A stretch of 64,000 nt of DNA from an uncultured virus (IMG/VR IMGVR_UViG_3300025695_000008) (IMGVR_UViG_3300025695_000008); one strand, 5' to 3'; positions 49,246 through 60,715 are shown, counted from the stretch's first letter. Numbers and translations are program-made. Notes: generated by a model not told the origin, from the sequence alone.

Positions 49246-49625
49246 TACTCTTTAAATGTTGTTATTGTCAAATCTTCGACCTGTAAATCTGGGTCGTAAG
49301 CGATGTAATTATTTTCAGCTGATTGTCTAACCCCTAAGAACCCGTTCTTAAAATCAATATCGTTGTCAATAGAACCTCTATTTGAGGTTTGTGTATATAC
49401 ATTGTTGCTACCATTAACCTCAACGGTACCTACGTATTTAACTGTAGGTATTGTCTGGTCTGATATTATTGTAGGGTCGAAACTATCTAATTGTTGGTAG
49501 TTAGTATTATCTATTAGAGAAAAAGATTTAATCTCATTCTTCAATCCGTTATTAACGAAAGATTCTCTACCTTTATCCGTAAGGTATATCTCAAAACTAT
49601 ATTTATTTCTCTTAAAAAATCCCAT
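49245..49625 (-). CDS. structural protein (LTxxGR motif)
   Basis: IYLTDKGRESF...FSLID, paralogous to 47185-47430. Confidence 0.7.
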   Translation of the reverse strand: MGFFKRNKYSFEIYLTDKGRESFVNNGLKNEIKSFSLIDNTNYQQLDSFDPTIISDQTIPTVKYVGTVEVNGSNNVYTQTSNRGSIDNDIDFKNGFLGVRQSAENNYIAYDPDLQVEDLTITTFKE

Positions 49626-52348
49626 TAGAAGTCTATTGTTACTTGTAGTACTAACATATCAGAATTATATTTCCTAGTTATTGGTTCTGAAAATTTACCA
49701 ATAGCCACTATCTCATCACTATTATCTTTTATAGCTATTTCAGTAAAAGCAACTTTATCCTGATCCGAATTAAAGGTAGGATTAGTGGTTGATATATACT
49801 GATTCGGTAATACATTACACGTTAATTGTGTTTTATATATCGTAGCCTTAATATCAGTTTCTATGTTACCATAAAATATAACTTCGTCACCGAACGTGTG
49901 TTTGTTAGGTTCGTTTACTTTTGGTATCTCGATATAGTCAGATAAATTATAGATATCTAATTCACTATTGTCAAGTATGTTTTGATCAATATTAACTCTT
50001 AGTGCGCTTATTGTATCTTTTGTTAATATATTAGTATTAACTGTTTGACCTAACCCAGAATTATCTAAGTAGAACATCGTTATCTCACTACCCTGAGCAG
50101 GAACAAAATTTAATTCGACTCTTCTGTCATCTATGGTTTCGTTATTAACGAAAACACCGTAAGTGCTTGATGATAGTAATACACCCTTGTAAAATAACCA
50201 CACCGTAGAATTATTAGGTTGTTTATTTAGTTTCAGTGACACCCTGTTAGGTGGTGTACTTGATTTGTATATAGAATCCGAATTAGTATTAGAATCTATT
50301 ACTGATAATGCTGGTACTGTTATAACCTCTTTTACTGTTTTAGCGGTATTACTTTTACCTATTAAATAATAGATTTGTAATAAGTCGTTATTAGTACCAT
50401 AACCTTGATTAAACACTATAACACTCTTACCGTTTGGTCCAGTAGCATATCCTTCAGGATGGTGATAATAGATACCATCTGAAAGTGTATCGTCTGAGGC
50501 TTCTTTTTGTACAACACCGTTATATATGACTATTATCTCACCAACTGGTACATTACCTAATTCGAATACATCAAATAAAGTAGTGTCTATAACACTGTGT
50601 GTTGGTATTGAATCTGTAGCGTAATCAAATATATCGGCATGTAACTCAAAATTAGTTCCGTCTACATTCATGACACCTGTAACACACCCATTGGTACCTA
50701 AGTAGGTACTTACGTCTGTGTAAGCCCAGTTACCAGGATCTGGTTTTATTTGACTTTCCGATTTTTGCCATAACAATAATACCTGGTTAGTTTTAAACCC
50801 TAACCCAGATGTATCGTCATAGTCCGTTAGGTATGAAAATTCGTTATAGTTTGGTTCAGAATTTATCTTATTAAATTCGAACATAACGTCTTTAGGGGAA
50901 TCTGTATTATTACTTATTGTTGTATAATCCTCGCAATGCATCCCAGTTATACCCTCTGTATCATTAAGTAAGTAAGATACGTATAAAAATTCGCCTGGTT
51001 GTAATACCCCTAGTGTACTAGTGTTACCACATATACCAGGTTCTGTTAGTGTTAACTTTGGTTTAGGTAATGTCCAATTTCTATTACTTTTATATGATAA
51101 CACTGTTAATAACTCAGGGTCTTCAATAATTATCACTTTTTCATCTACAAGTACTTTACCCACCACGTTTTTATTAGCTTCTTGATCTATTAGATCATAG
51201 TATTGGAAGGTGGTTCCTATGCCTTCAGAGGTACTCATCGATTTTAATTCAGTATCAGTAATGAATGTATACCCAATTTCATTAAATGTTGTGCCGCTGT
51301 ATTGTTTTTTATGCCACATTAAATAGGGTATCTTTAATTTCATGGTTGATTGTTTGAAACCCTCACCGTAAAAATTTGATACTGTATTATTCGTATAATG
51401 TATTAACCCTATTTTTGAATTAGTATCGTACTTGTTAAAATTTATTGCCGCCCCTAAGTAAGAGTTTGATACGGTATCGTATTTAGATTTATCATCTATT
51501 GATTCTAACCCAATCACATCTTCTATGTGAATTATGTTCATATTCCATACTGGTACATCTAAGTCTGACTGAGTGTTGTTGTTGGAAAAATCTAACAGAC
51601 CTCCTTGCCAATAAGCTACTGGATTCTCTTCATCGTAATAATCTTTTATAGTATCCTTACCAGGATAAATAAAAGCTGTGATGTTTGCAACTCCCTTAGG
51701 TAGCTTTCTATCTAATGTTATATCTATCACCGAACCTATCGTCATACCAGTTAAACTCTGGTTATCACCATTATCAGCAGTACCGATTTTGTCAACCACG
51801 TACCATAGGTATTGTGTCGCTGAAGATGTTATCTCTGATGTTTGTGTATATGCAGTGGACCCGCTTATGTAATCATCACTTTCGTATTTAACGAATATAA
51901 AGTCGCCTGGTTTAAGATCAATGTAATCAACGTTTTTAGTGGTACCACTGGTGTAATCAAAAGATATTTCTTTTGTGTCCCCGTTAGTGGTACTAGTTAT
52001 GTTATGTAAACTACATAATACTTTGGATGGTGATGTTGTACCAGAATAGTCAAAGAAACCTCTCTCTTTTGCCGTAGCGTAAACTTCGTTTGGTATCGAA
52101 TTTACTACGGTTATTGGGTTTGAAATATCTAATTGGCTACTTTTACCTACTGGGTAGGTTAACCCTATCTGATTTTCAGAGGGTCTGAGTATATTAACAC
52201 CACTTTTATCATCACTGGAATAATCCATTTCGCTATCACCCAGAGTAAAGTTACTGAATGTTAGTTTACCAGCCGCTAAGTTCCTTCTACCCTGGGCTGT
52301 TAGTTTAACATTAACTACTGGGTCGTTCTTTTTAATTGTATAGCTCAT
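49625..52348 (-). CDS. tail/baseplate structural protein
   Basis: N-terminal VKLTAQGRRNLA...FTLGDSE, C-terminal FTEIAIKDNSDEIVAIGKFSEPI; TATTTATA at 52362-52369. Confidence 0.75.
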   Translation of the reverse strand: MSYTIKKNDPVVNVKLTAQGRRNLAAGKLTFSNFTLGDSEMDYSSDDKSGVNILRPSENQIGLTYPVGKSSQLDISNPITVVNSIPNEVYATAKERGFFDYSGTTSPSKVLCSLHNITSTTNGDTKEISFDYTSGTTKNVDYIDLKPGDFIFVKYESDDYISGSTAYTQTSEITSSATQYLWYVVDKIGTADNGDNQSLTGMTIGSVIDITLDRKLPKGVANITAFIYPGKDTIKDYYDEENPVAYWQGGLLDFSNNNTQSDLDVPVWNMNIIHIEDVIGLESIDDKSKYDTVSNSYLGAAINFNKYDTNSKIGLIHYTNNTVSNFYGEGFKQSTMKLKIPYLMWHKKQYSGTTFNEIGYTFITDTELKSMSTSEGIGTTFQYYDLIDQEANKNVVGKVLVDEKVIIIEDPELLTVLSYKSNRNWTLPKPKLTLTEPGICGNTSTLGVLQPGEFLYVSYLLNDTEGITGMHCEDYTTISNNTDSPKDVMFEFNKINSEPNYNEFSYLTDYDDTSGLGFKTNQVLLLWQKSESQIKPDPGNWAYTDVSTYLGTNGCVTGVMNVDGTNFELHADIFDYATDSIPTHSVIDTTLFDVFELGNVPVGEIIVIYNGVVQKEASDDTLSDGIYYHHPEGYATGPNGKSVIVFNQGYGTNNDLLQIYYLIGKSNTAKTVKEVITVPALSVIDSNTNSDSIYKSSTPPNRVSLKLNKQPNNSTVWLFYKGVLLSSSTYGVFVNNETIDDRRVELNFVPAQGSEITMFYLDNSGLGQTVNTNILTKDTISALRVNIDQNILDNSELDIYNLSDYIEIPKVNEPNKHTFGDEVIFYGNIETDIKATIYKTQLTCNVLPNQYISTTNPTFNSDQDKVAFTEIAIKDNSDEIVAIGKFSEPITRKYNSDMLVLQVTIDF

Positions 52349-52378
52349 TTTTTTGTTTTTATATAAATATGGTTATTC

Positions 52379-55300
52379 TTATAATACTATGAAGTCATTT
52401 GGATCAACGGTACTTAATTCGATAAAGTTAGCACCTTCAAAATCTAACTTAACCACTCTGTCCTCATACATATCTTTTAAGGTTATTGTTCTAGTCTCTA
52501 CTCCACCTACCGATGTTTTATCAGCCTTAACAAAAGTGTTATTTATACCGTTATCGTTGTCATCAAATAACACATATTCGTCAGCGATACCATTTTTATA
52601 CCTAGTCGCATTCTTAAATATATCGTATTCAACCGATATCTGTATATTACCACCTTCTTGTATAAATAACGTATCATCAACACTGCTATTACTATTTATA
52701 GTTTTAGCTGTTGTGTAACCATTATTATCGATAGTTTTTAATGTTACTTGAGAAGACCCTGCTTGGTTTATTATTAACCTAACTACTGGGTTGTTAGTAC
52801 TCGATAACTCTGAAGGTGTTGGTGGTGCTGTTTGTATTCTACCGAATATATCATCTACCTGCTTCTCGTTAAAATCGAATAACGTACCAAATATAACTTT
52901 CGCGTTATGTCCGCAAGGGTTAGTTATGGTTAATCCACCAATAAACTCACCAGTTTTAGGTAAATTGTTCTCGTCTCTTTCATAATAATAATCCATTATT
53001 AAATCAGAACCAGATTTCCTAAATCCAGTTAAACCGTAACTATATGAATCTCTAAGGTTATCGTCCTTAGCATCATATAATTTGTTTAAACCATTAATTA
53101 ATTTGGTATCGTGAGTCGTGCCGCTAAAAGAGGTTTCAGTAAACGCGTCTCTAATCACTAAATTATTATCAAAGAAATATAAATCATTCTTTGTTGCTTC
53201 ATCTAGTGAAACTACTTCACCATCATATATTTTAATGCTGGTCCTGTCTTTATATAGTGTGTATTTACTAACTAACATAAAATCCATTTCATCCCAATTA
53301 GTAGTATCTGTATGCGGTTCATTTGTTAAAACACCACTACTTTTAGTTTTGTACAATACATTTCTGTCTAGAACATATTTCTCATTATTATACAATGATG
53401 ATGGGTCATACGCCTTCGTGTTTGAATACTCGTATATGCTATTATCGTTTTGGTCGGAACATAGTAAGTCGAATAAATTCGATATATTATTATTCGTTTT
53501 ATCCTGATTTAGCTGTATATTATTATTGTGACTGTTACCAGATGTTAGATCAGTATAATCGTTTTGTATCAAATTAGTATCCATCGTATAACCAGTGTAT
53601 ATTGATCCAGTAGTACCAGTATACGGAAAAGACGCACTACTGGAGGTTAATAGACCAATATTATCAACACCATCTAATTGGTTGTTAGTTAAAGTAGGTG
53701 TGTCGATGTAATTAGGTACCATATCAGAAAGTATCTTATCGGAACCACTGTTATGGTTGTAATATGCGTACCCTACACCACCAGGTTCAGTTGGTAGTAG
53801 GTTTGGTATTCTTAATGATGCACTTGATATGTCCAAGTTGTCCCATTCTGCTGCTTTAGTGGAGTCCCATTGATAAGAGTGTCCAGTTAAATACAGACTT
53901 ATATCCGACCCGCTTATCTTGTCGTTAGAATTTTGATTTAATGTAATACCAGTAGGGTTTAATTTCATCCAAGAAATAGGTCCCCCGCCACTGCTTGTTA
54001 TAACCTCAGTACCTGGTTCGTTATTAGCGCTCTCGTCTATTTTTAGCCAAAAGCTATAGTCTGTAGACGCCGAACCATTCTTATGCAAGACAAAACTACC
54101 TAACTTATATTCTTTTGTGGGATCATAAGTTAGTGGTTTATTGTAAACATACTCTATTAAGTTGTATGTTGAGCCAGTACCAGGTAATTTTATTATATCA
54201 CCTAAATCCAAAGTATCGGAAATGGTACCAGTTAATATTTTAGCCTCCTCGTATGTATAAGGTTTGTGGTTGGTTCTAACGATACCATTTTTCTGGTGTT
54301 TGTCATAACCGATTGGTTTAAAGGATTTAAGATCGTACCTTTCTATTGGTATGAAACAACTTCTTGCACCATTAGGTTGATAAATAGGGTGTATATTTAG
54401 ATTGGTTACCCCACCAGATTCTTTTCTTAAATGATTTGTCGTTATATCTTCTATACAGACATATAACCTATCAACATTTTTATTCTCTATTGTAGTGGTA
54501 CCATCATCTCCCTCAACAACAATATCTGTATTTAATAAGGTTACTTTAACTATATCGTTTATACCGTAATTGTTTATGTTTTCAGAGAATTCTGGTACAA
54601 CACTAAGTATATCTTGATACAATTCTGTTTGGTATACCGCATTTTCCTTTTTCCAGTATCCAGTAATGGATTGATATCTACTCTTAGATAAAAAACTGGT
54701 CTTAATGTTACCTGAATAATCAATTAAATCATAGTCAGCTAAACCTTCGTCATAACCCTTAAAATCTATTGTCGACCCAGTCGGACTTATAATACTGTCG
54801 TTTAAGTAAGAACTTAGGAAAGGGAAATTTGGTTTATTTAATTTAACTGACCTGGGTTCTGGTGTTTTACCGAATATGATACTTTTAGATAGCCCAGTAT
54901 TTTCTAGTTCTTGAGGTGTATTACCTAAATAATTATTACTAGAAGTTATCGTATGTGTGGTTGTAATACCTGGGTAAGATTGGTTTAGATTCGATACCGC
55001 GCCAATATTTTTACTTCTAACCTTAAACTCAAAATCAATTTTATCGTTATTATACTTTTTTTCGTAAGAAGTTACATCACCTATAGTACTGGTTGTTTTA
55101 TACTTATTATAGTATTTCCCGAATATTAGACCGAAATTTTTGTCTTCGTCATATGTTTGAGCGACAACCAGTTTAGGTCTAAATTTATAAGTATCGGTAT
55201 TTGAATTAACCCTAAACATATAGTGATCGACATTATAATTATTATCATCACCTACTGGTTCTATAGACATGGCCTCTTCAACGTAATGTCCGTCTAGTAT

Positions 55301-58300
55301 TGTTCTACCTGCATTGAATCCCACTCTAAATCTTGGGTCGTCAATTGCTGAATAGGTTGTTGGATTAATGTAATCTATTTCAATTTTCTCGTATCTAGAT
55401 AATCTACAACCTATCGTCTCTGGGTAAATAGTTAAATATAGTCTCGTATCTACTTTGAATAGAGATTCTGTGATTATGTTAGCTATCCTATCCTGAGGTT
55501 CGTCAGAACCACTGAAACTAAATATTTGTTCGTGAATTATTTCGTTGAACTGGTCTTGTAATCTTATTATTACGTTTTGGGTAGCCGTCTGGTCAGATTC
55601 AAAATATAGGTCTGACTCAAATTTTAAGTATGAGTTACTCTTAACTAGATAGAAACCATCACCTAAACCTATATGGTTATTATCCACATCAAAATTATCG
55701 TTAAGTGATTTAATGTTGATAAAATTTGTTTCGTCAGGTGTTAATGTTAACGTCTCTTCTAGGGTTTGAGTCAGTATCTCTTCTTCTTTGGGTAGGTAGA
55801 AAGGACCCACATTTTCATCTTTTAGAGAGTAGAACCCATCAAAAGTTAACGTTGATGAGTCACTAATGTATAGCTCATCATTAAGTATATTATCTGTAAC
55901 CTTATATGTTTCGTTAGATGTGGCCCCACTAAATACTTGGTATAGGTATAGATCTTTTGTTAGATTAAACGATATAACGTCTTTAAGTGCATCTATCCTC
56001 TTTTTATTAATTAAAGCTGGACTCAAATGCATATAAGGGTCTGTTTTGGTTCTAGACATATAAGACTGATACATACCAGGTATAATAGTAGTTGTGGTAA
56101 CTCCTGTAGGTGTGGTTGTTGTACCAGTAACACTTATGTCGTCAACAATGTAGTATACCGATCCGTGTTTAATTATATCATCTTTGTAATATAATTCACC
56201 ATCAGTCCAGGTGTTGTTTTTTCTAAATGGTATAACCCAGTTACCAGCTGTACCGTTAATCGCATTAATTGGTTCTGTAATTGCCGTATCCAATGAATAA
56301 CCATAATATATAGGTTGTCTTATCGATAATTCTTTGTCTGTTTCATCTAAATAAGTACTATAATTAGTAGTTGTATAACCTAACCCACTCATATTGATTG
56401 TTAACCCGCTATAATCGAAATAACATACGTGTGGTTTAGGTAATGGGCATATATAATCAATATCATTGGCTAGGTCTGTGTGACCTATACCAATACACTC
56501 GATATAATAATTTCTCTCTGTAGGACCCACTATTATTGGTGAATCATTAAATACTACTGTGTGACTATCTACACCAAAACTTATTGGTTGGTATACCAAT
56601 TGGTTATTAACCTTTAAGTTTAATGGAGTACCATGTTTTAAATCTATATTTAATTTAGTTATTTCGGTATTCCTATTTAAATTAGTGGCCCTAAGTATCG
56701 TAATTTGGTTAGTACTAAAAGTAAACTCGTTTTGGTAATCGTATTCTGGTATAGTGGTTATAAACGCGTTAGTGGTACCACCTATAGTGGTCAATAGTGT
56801 ACCCGATGCCGTACCGTCATATATTTTTAATTGATCCACACCTTTTATATCGAGTTTAATCACATATTCTCCCGCTCCGTTTGGTAGTACTATCGTTTCT
56901 GTATCATTAACATTATCTAAAGATATGTAGTCGCTACTATGACTTACTTTAGTGTTTATTGTTGGTAGTATACCTGTAAACATTCTATTAGTATTCAATC
57001 TGTACAAAGTATTGTCGTATTTAACGAAAACTCCTTTTGTACCACCTGAAACATTTATGTTACCATTGTATATCGTATCGTCACCATAGTTTTCGGTACC
57101 ATCCCAATCATAAACTTTTACGGTTGTATTACAGGCGTCTTCTATACTATAATAAAATCCGAAGTACTCGTTTATACTAGGGTCGTAACCAGTATAGTTT
57201 AACCCCTTTTTACCTTTAATACTGAATGTGGGGGTTTCACCTATTATAGCGTCTTTACCTTTACCAGTAGTTGAGAATGGGTTTGTCGTACCATTACTAA
57301 CTGGTTTTTGTGCTTTATTCTGGAATTCTGAACCATCATTACCTAACCAGCCTAGATCATCGTTTAACCCGTGTTTGTAGACGAATTTATTATCAATGAA
57401 TTTACTGTTTTGTATTTTTTTACCAGCGTTTAATATTGATGTTGCTGGTGTAAATTGTTGTACTAGTTTAACCCATGAACCATCAAATTTATTTAAAAAT
57501 TCTAAACTCTTTGTGTTTGTAACTGGTGTATTAGTTAGCTTAGCATAATCATAATATATCTTACTTAATGTAGGGTATGTCTTTATAGTTTTTCTGTTAT
57601 CTGGTTTGATAAATTCATCTAAACTTTTTTGTATGAATTCGTTAAATGTTAATTCACCGACATTAACTTCTTTGTCGTAAGGGAATGTTAAATCAGAATT
57701 AACACTCGTATTACTTCTGTTTAGTAACCTGTATATAGTAAAGTCGAATATTTTATCTGATGATAAAAATACCTCTAATTCTTTCGAGTTTATAACTAAC
57801 CTGGAATCATCCTCATAATATTCAGTATACCCTACGGAGTCTTCGGATAACCTTAATACTTTATCTTCTGAATATACCCAAGACTTTACATTGTCAACGC
57901 GTCTATCTAGGTTAAATAGAGGTGTCTTACCTTCGTATTCATAAGCTTTTATATAGGCATTACCAAAATCGTAAGGTCCGTAATTTTTACCATCATTGCT
58001 TAAGTTGAAGCCGCTCTCTTGGTATTGAACTTGTCCTGGTACTGTTGGATACCCATCTCTGTCTATAGGTAGTAATGTTAGCAGAACTTCGTCACTATAT
58101 TTATACCCGTAAATGTCTCGTGCCTTGTCCTCAAAATTTAATTTTTGTCTAGCAACATAAACGTGTTCGTTTATTTCGAATATAGAGTCGGGTAAACCAA
58201 CCAGATTTAATATAAATTCAATGGATTTTCTAGTTCCTTTTGATTTCCATAGATGGTACGAGTTTATAAATATTCTTCTCCATAGCTCTATATCTATTTC

Positions 58301-59821
58301 GGCTGGGGTTACTCCTGGCTCAACATTTAAATCTTCTAGACTAAACAATGATTCCATTATAGTTCCTTCATCCTCTACGTTGTAGGTTTCGAAACCTAAC
58401 ATATTACCATAGTTTTTAGTGAGTAGGTCTGGTATGTTTTCTATCTTGTCATAAGATAAGTTAGTCATATAGGTTATCCCATCAATATATTTCCTTACGT
58501 TATCGAAGTTTTTACCCATTAAACCTAATATCAAATTAAACCTTCTATCCTCTGTATCGAATTCTTTTAAAGAATCGGTAGTTAAGAACCTAGATATTAG
58601 ATTAGTTTTAGTGGAATCGAAATCATCTGATATCCCATTTAATTTAGTTAGATATGAATCAAAATCATTGCTAAATAAATCTATATTAACTTCATCTATT
58701 TGAGGGAATATTAGTTTTTCGTTAACGTTTAGATTAACCCCATTATCGTCAACCTTACTATACCTTATAGTACTAATATATTTTTCTTTATCGTAATCAT
58801 AATCCAATAAAAATCTACCCATATCAGATAGATTTGTATAGAACTCATCGTATTCTTGACGTTTTGGTTTTATCCAGAATTTTCTATTTAACGTAAGGTT
58901 TTGGTTTACTACGCTAGAGAAAGGGTCACCTTCTATGGTTAAATAAATACCAGTATCATCATCATCATAAGATGATGGTAAGGTAGCATTTATTATAGGG
59001 TATTCAACTTTGTTGTAATAAAGAACGTATTCTTTGTGTTTTTTAGAAAAATTTCTTATCGGAGCCACATTAACCTGATCATTAATTGTGGTACCACTAG
59101 AGGTATATTCTATATCGAAAGGGTTTGATATATTTGCTAAATTAACTTTTAATTGTGCCGTATCTGTCCTCTCTGAATAGTTGTATTCTGAGGCTACTGG
59201 TGATTGAATCCCTATGACATCCAAAGCTATACTGGCTGGGAAATTTCTAGTTATTTCAATAACACTATTTTTTATAACATCTTTTAAAGGAGAGTACAGA
59301 ACGTAGTTCTCTAATTTCTTTTTATCGAATAAAACCTTTACAGTTAAGTTATTATCAATTTTTTTATTTACTTGACTAATCGCACTAGTTTCATTGTTCT
59401 TAGATGGGTTGTTTTCATTTATAGACTCTGATGTATAACTCACATCACCACCTACGTATTCAGCTTGTTTACCCTCAATAACTTCTTTTTGGGTTATTGA
59501 CTTATTTATAGAGAAATTACCTAAAGTGAAGTATGGGTCACCACCTATTTCGTTTTTAGAACTAGCAAATTGTAAACCTACGGCATTATCACCTAATGTA
59601 TTATCACCAGTAATAACGTTATTCGTACCTTGTATTTTGTATAATTGTATAGCTTTTTCATAAGCCATAAAAGATGAACATGGTACGTACTTATTTTGTC
59701 CGTTTATATTATATGTTCTATAGCCATTACAACCTAATTCAGATGCGGCGGCTAGTGCAGCTTCACTAGTGTCGTACAAGTGAGCTATTAACGGTGTGTT
59801 CGTATAACCAAGATTAGCCAT
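52379..59821 (-). CDS. giant (2480 aa) baseplate wedge-like structural protein
   Basis: WRRIFINSYHLWKSKGTRKSIEFIL wedge-type KGT motif; several W/Y-containing carbohydrate-binding-like repeats. Confidence 0.7.
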   Translation of the reverse strand: MANLGYTNTPLIAHLYDTSEAALAAASELGCNGYRTYNINGQNKYVPCSSFMAYEKAIQLYKIQGTNNVITGDNTLGDNAVGLQFASSKNEIGGDPYFTLGNFSINKSITQKEVIEGKQAEYVGGDVSYTSESINENNPSKNNETSAISQVNKKIDNNLTVKVLFDKKKLENYVLYSPLKDVIKNSVIEITRNFPASIALDVIGIQSPVASEYNYSERTDTAQLKVNLANISNPFDIEYTSSGTTINDQVNVAPIRNFSKKHKEYVLYYNKVEYPIINATLPSSYDDDDTGIYLTIEGDPFSSVVNQNLTLNRKFWIKPKRQEYDEFYTNLSDMGRFLLDYDYDKEKYISTIRYSKVDDNGVNLNVNEKLIFPQIDEVNIDLFSNDFDSYLTKLNGISDDFDSTKTNLISRFLTTDSLKEFDTEDRRFNLILGLMGKNFDNVRKYIDGITYMTNLSYDKIENIPDLLTKNYGNMLGFETYNVEDEGTIMESLFSLEDLNVEPGVTPAEIDIELWRRIFINSYHLWKSKGTRKSIEFILNLVGLPDSIFEINEHVYVARQKLNFEDKARDIYGYKYSDEVLLTLLPIDRDGYPTVPGQVQYQESGFNLSNDGKNYGPYDFGNAYIKAYEYEGKTPLFNLDRRVDNVKSWVYSEDKVLRLSEDSVGYTEYYEDDSRLVINSKELEVFLSSDKIFDFTIYRLLNRSNTSVNSDLTFPYDKEVNVGELTFNEFIQKSLDEFIKPDNRKTIKTYPTLSKIYYDYAKLTNTPVTNTKSLEFLNKFDGSWVKLVQQFTPATSILNAGKKIQNSKFIDNKFVYKHGLNDDLGWLGNDGSEFQNKAQKPVSNGTTNPFSTTGKGKDAIIGETPTFSIKGKKGLNYTGYDPSINEYFGFYYSIEDACNTTVKVYDWDGTENYGDDTIYNGNINVSGGTKGVFVKYDNTLYRLNTNRMFTGILPTINTKVSHSSDYISLDNVNDTETIVLPNGAGEYVIKLDIKGVDQLKIYDGTASGTLLTTIGGTTNAFITTIPEYDYQNEFTFSTNQITILRATNLNRNTEITKLNIDLKHGTPLNLKVNNQLVYQPISFGVDSHTVVFNDSPIIVGPTERNYYIECIGIGHTDLANDIDYICPLPKPHVCYFDYSGLTINMSGLGYTTTNYSTYLDETDKELSIRQPIYYGYSLDTAITEPINAINGTAGNWVIPFRKNNTWTDGELYYKDDIIKHGSVYYIVDDISVTGTTTTPTGVTTTTIIPGMYQSYMSRTKTDPYMHLSPALINKKRIDALKDVISFNLTKDLYLYQVFSGATSNETYKVTDNILNDELYISDSSTLTFDGFYSLKDENVGPFYLPKEEEILTQTLEETLTLTPDETNFINIKSLNDNFDVDNNHIGLGDGFYLVKSNSYLKFESDLYFESDQTATQNVIIRLQDQFNEIIHEQIFSFSGSDEPQDRIANIITESLFKVDTRLYLTIYPETIGCRLSRYEKIEIDYINPTTYSAIDDPRFRVGFNAGRTILDGHYVEEAMSIEPVGDDNNYNVDHYMFRVNSNTDTYKFRPKLVVAQTYDEDKNFGLIFGKYYNKYKTTSTIGDVTSYEKKYNNDKIDFEFKVRSKNIGAVSNLNQSYPGITTTHTITSSNNYLGNTPQELENTGLSKSIIFGKTPEPRSVKLNKPNFPFLSSYLNDSIISPTGSTIDFKGYDEGLADYDLIDYSGNIKTSFLSKSRYQSITGYWKKENAVYQTELYQDILSVVPEFSENINNYGINDIVKVTLLNTDIVVEGDDGTTTIENKNVDRLYVCIEDITTNHLRKESGGVTNLNIHPIYQPNGARSCFIPIERYDLKSFKPIGYDKHQKNGIVRTNHKPYTYEEAKILTGTISDTLDLGDIIKLPGTGSTYNLIEYVYNKPLTYDPTKEYKLGSFVLHKNGSASTDYSFWLKIDESANNEPGTEVITSSGGGPISWMKLNPTGITLNQNSNDKISGSDISLYLTGHSYQWDSTKAAEWDNLDISSASLRIPNLLPTEPGGVGYAYYNHNSGSDKILSDMVPNYIDTPTLTNNQLDGVDNIGLLTSSSASFPYTGTTGSIYTGYTMDTNLIQNDYTDLTSGNSHNNNIQLNQDKTNNNISNLFDLLCSDQNDNSIYEYSNTKAYDPSSLYNNEKYVLDRNVLYKTKSSGVLTNEPHTDTTNWDEMDFMLVSKYTLYKDRTSIKIYDGEVVSLDEATKNDLYFFDNNLVIRDAFTETSFSGTTHDTKLINGLNKLYDAKDDNLRDSYSYGLTGFRKSGSDLIMDYYYERDENNLPKTGEFIGGLTITNPCGHNAKVIFGTLFDFNEKQVDDIFGRIQTAPPTPSELSSTNNPVVRLIINQAGSSQVTLKTIDNNGYTTAKTINSNSSVDDTLFIQEGGNIQISVEYDIFKNATRYKNGIADEYVLFDDNDNGINNTFVKADKTSVGGVETRTITLKDMYEDRVVKLDFEGANFIELSTVDPNDFIVL

Positions 59822-60710
59822 TGTTTCCAGTGATATTGTTTAAAGTTTTAGTCGTGTCTATCGTACTCCTTCTAGTCCTAACTTCGTATAATTTATTGTT
59901 TACGGCGTCTTTTATTTCATATAAATCGTGTTGTGCGTATATATTACCATCAAAATCATATAGGGTGTATATACCGTCTTCAACTGATTTTGTTTGATCT
60001 GAATATAAGGCTATGGCTAGACTTTCAACATCGTAATCAACTAACTCCACTTCTAAAATTTGTGGGGTAAAGTTTGTGTTTGTTAGTATAACGTTTTGTC
60101 CTTTAAACCCTATGAACGGCGCTGCTGTTGGTTTAAAACTAGGGGCTGCGTTTGGTGTAACTGTAGAGAATATCAATGACCCTGTGTTATTGTATGTGTA
60201 TTTAATACTTTTTACTGAACTATTGGGTGTGTCTACTTGTACTGGTTCTACTATGAATGATGAAGTTATTATTCTATATAGATTAGGTATTTTACTACCG
60301 TTGTCGTTAAGGTATTCAACTCTGTAACCATCCAAACCATTATTACTAAATTTACTCCTAAATTGATCAGGTACTGAATCTGTGTTGAAAACTAAACCCT
60401 TTATATCTGGGAATGTAGCTAATTCGGCACAATCTTCAATACTAACTCTTATTTGAGCAGGTCTTATATAAACGGTGTAATAACCTTTTGTACTAAACAC
60501 TGATCTAGGTAATTCCATATTATACATACCCCCAAGAACCTCTAGGGTGTTGGTGGGGTCTAATACTGGTTTTATAACGTCAGTACCGTTTAGTTTTGTC
60601 ACTTTTTGTGTTTCAGTAGAATTTCTATTCCTACTATATAAAACAATCACTTCTATATCAGAAGGATCTACGTCTGCTGGTCTTTTAACACCGTATACAC
60701 CTATTGCCAT
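59814..60710 (-). CDS. conserved structural protein
   Basis: 298 aa in structural operon, MAIGVYGVKRPADV. Confidence 0.75.
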   Translation of the reverse strand: MAIGVYGVKRPADVDPSDIEVIVLYSRNRNSTETQKVTKLNGTDVIKPVLDPTNTLEVLGGMYNMELPRSVFSTKGYYTVYIRPAQIRVSIEDCAELATFPDIKGLVFNTDSVPDQFRSKFSNNGLDGYRVEYLNDNGSKIPNLYRIITSSFIVEPVQVDTPNSSVKSIKYTYNNTGSLIFSTVTPNAAPSFKPTAAPFIGFKGQNVILTNTNFTPQILEVELVDYDVESLAIALYSDQTKSVEDGIYTLYDFDGNIYAQHDLYEIKDAVNNKLYEVRTRRSTIDTTKTLNNITGNNG

Positions 60711-60715
60711 AATTA

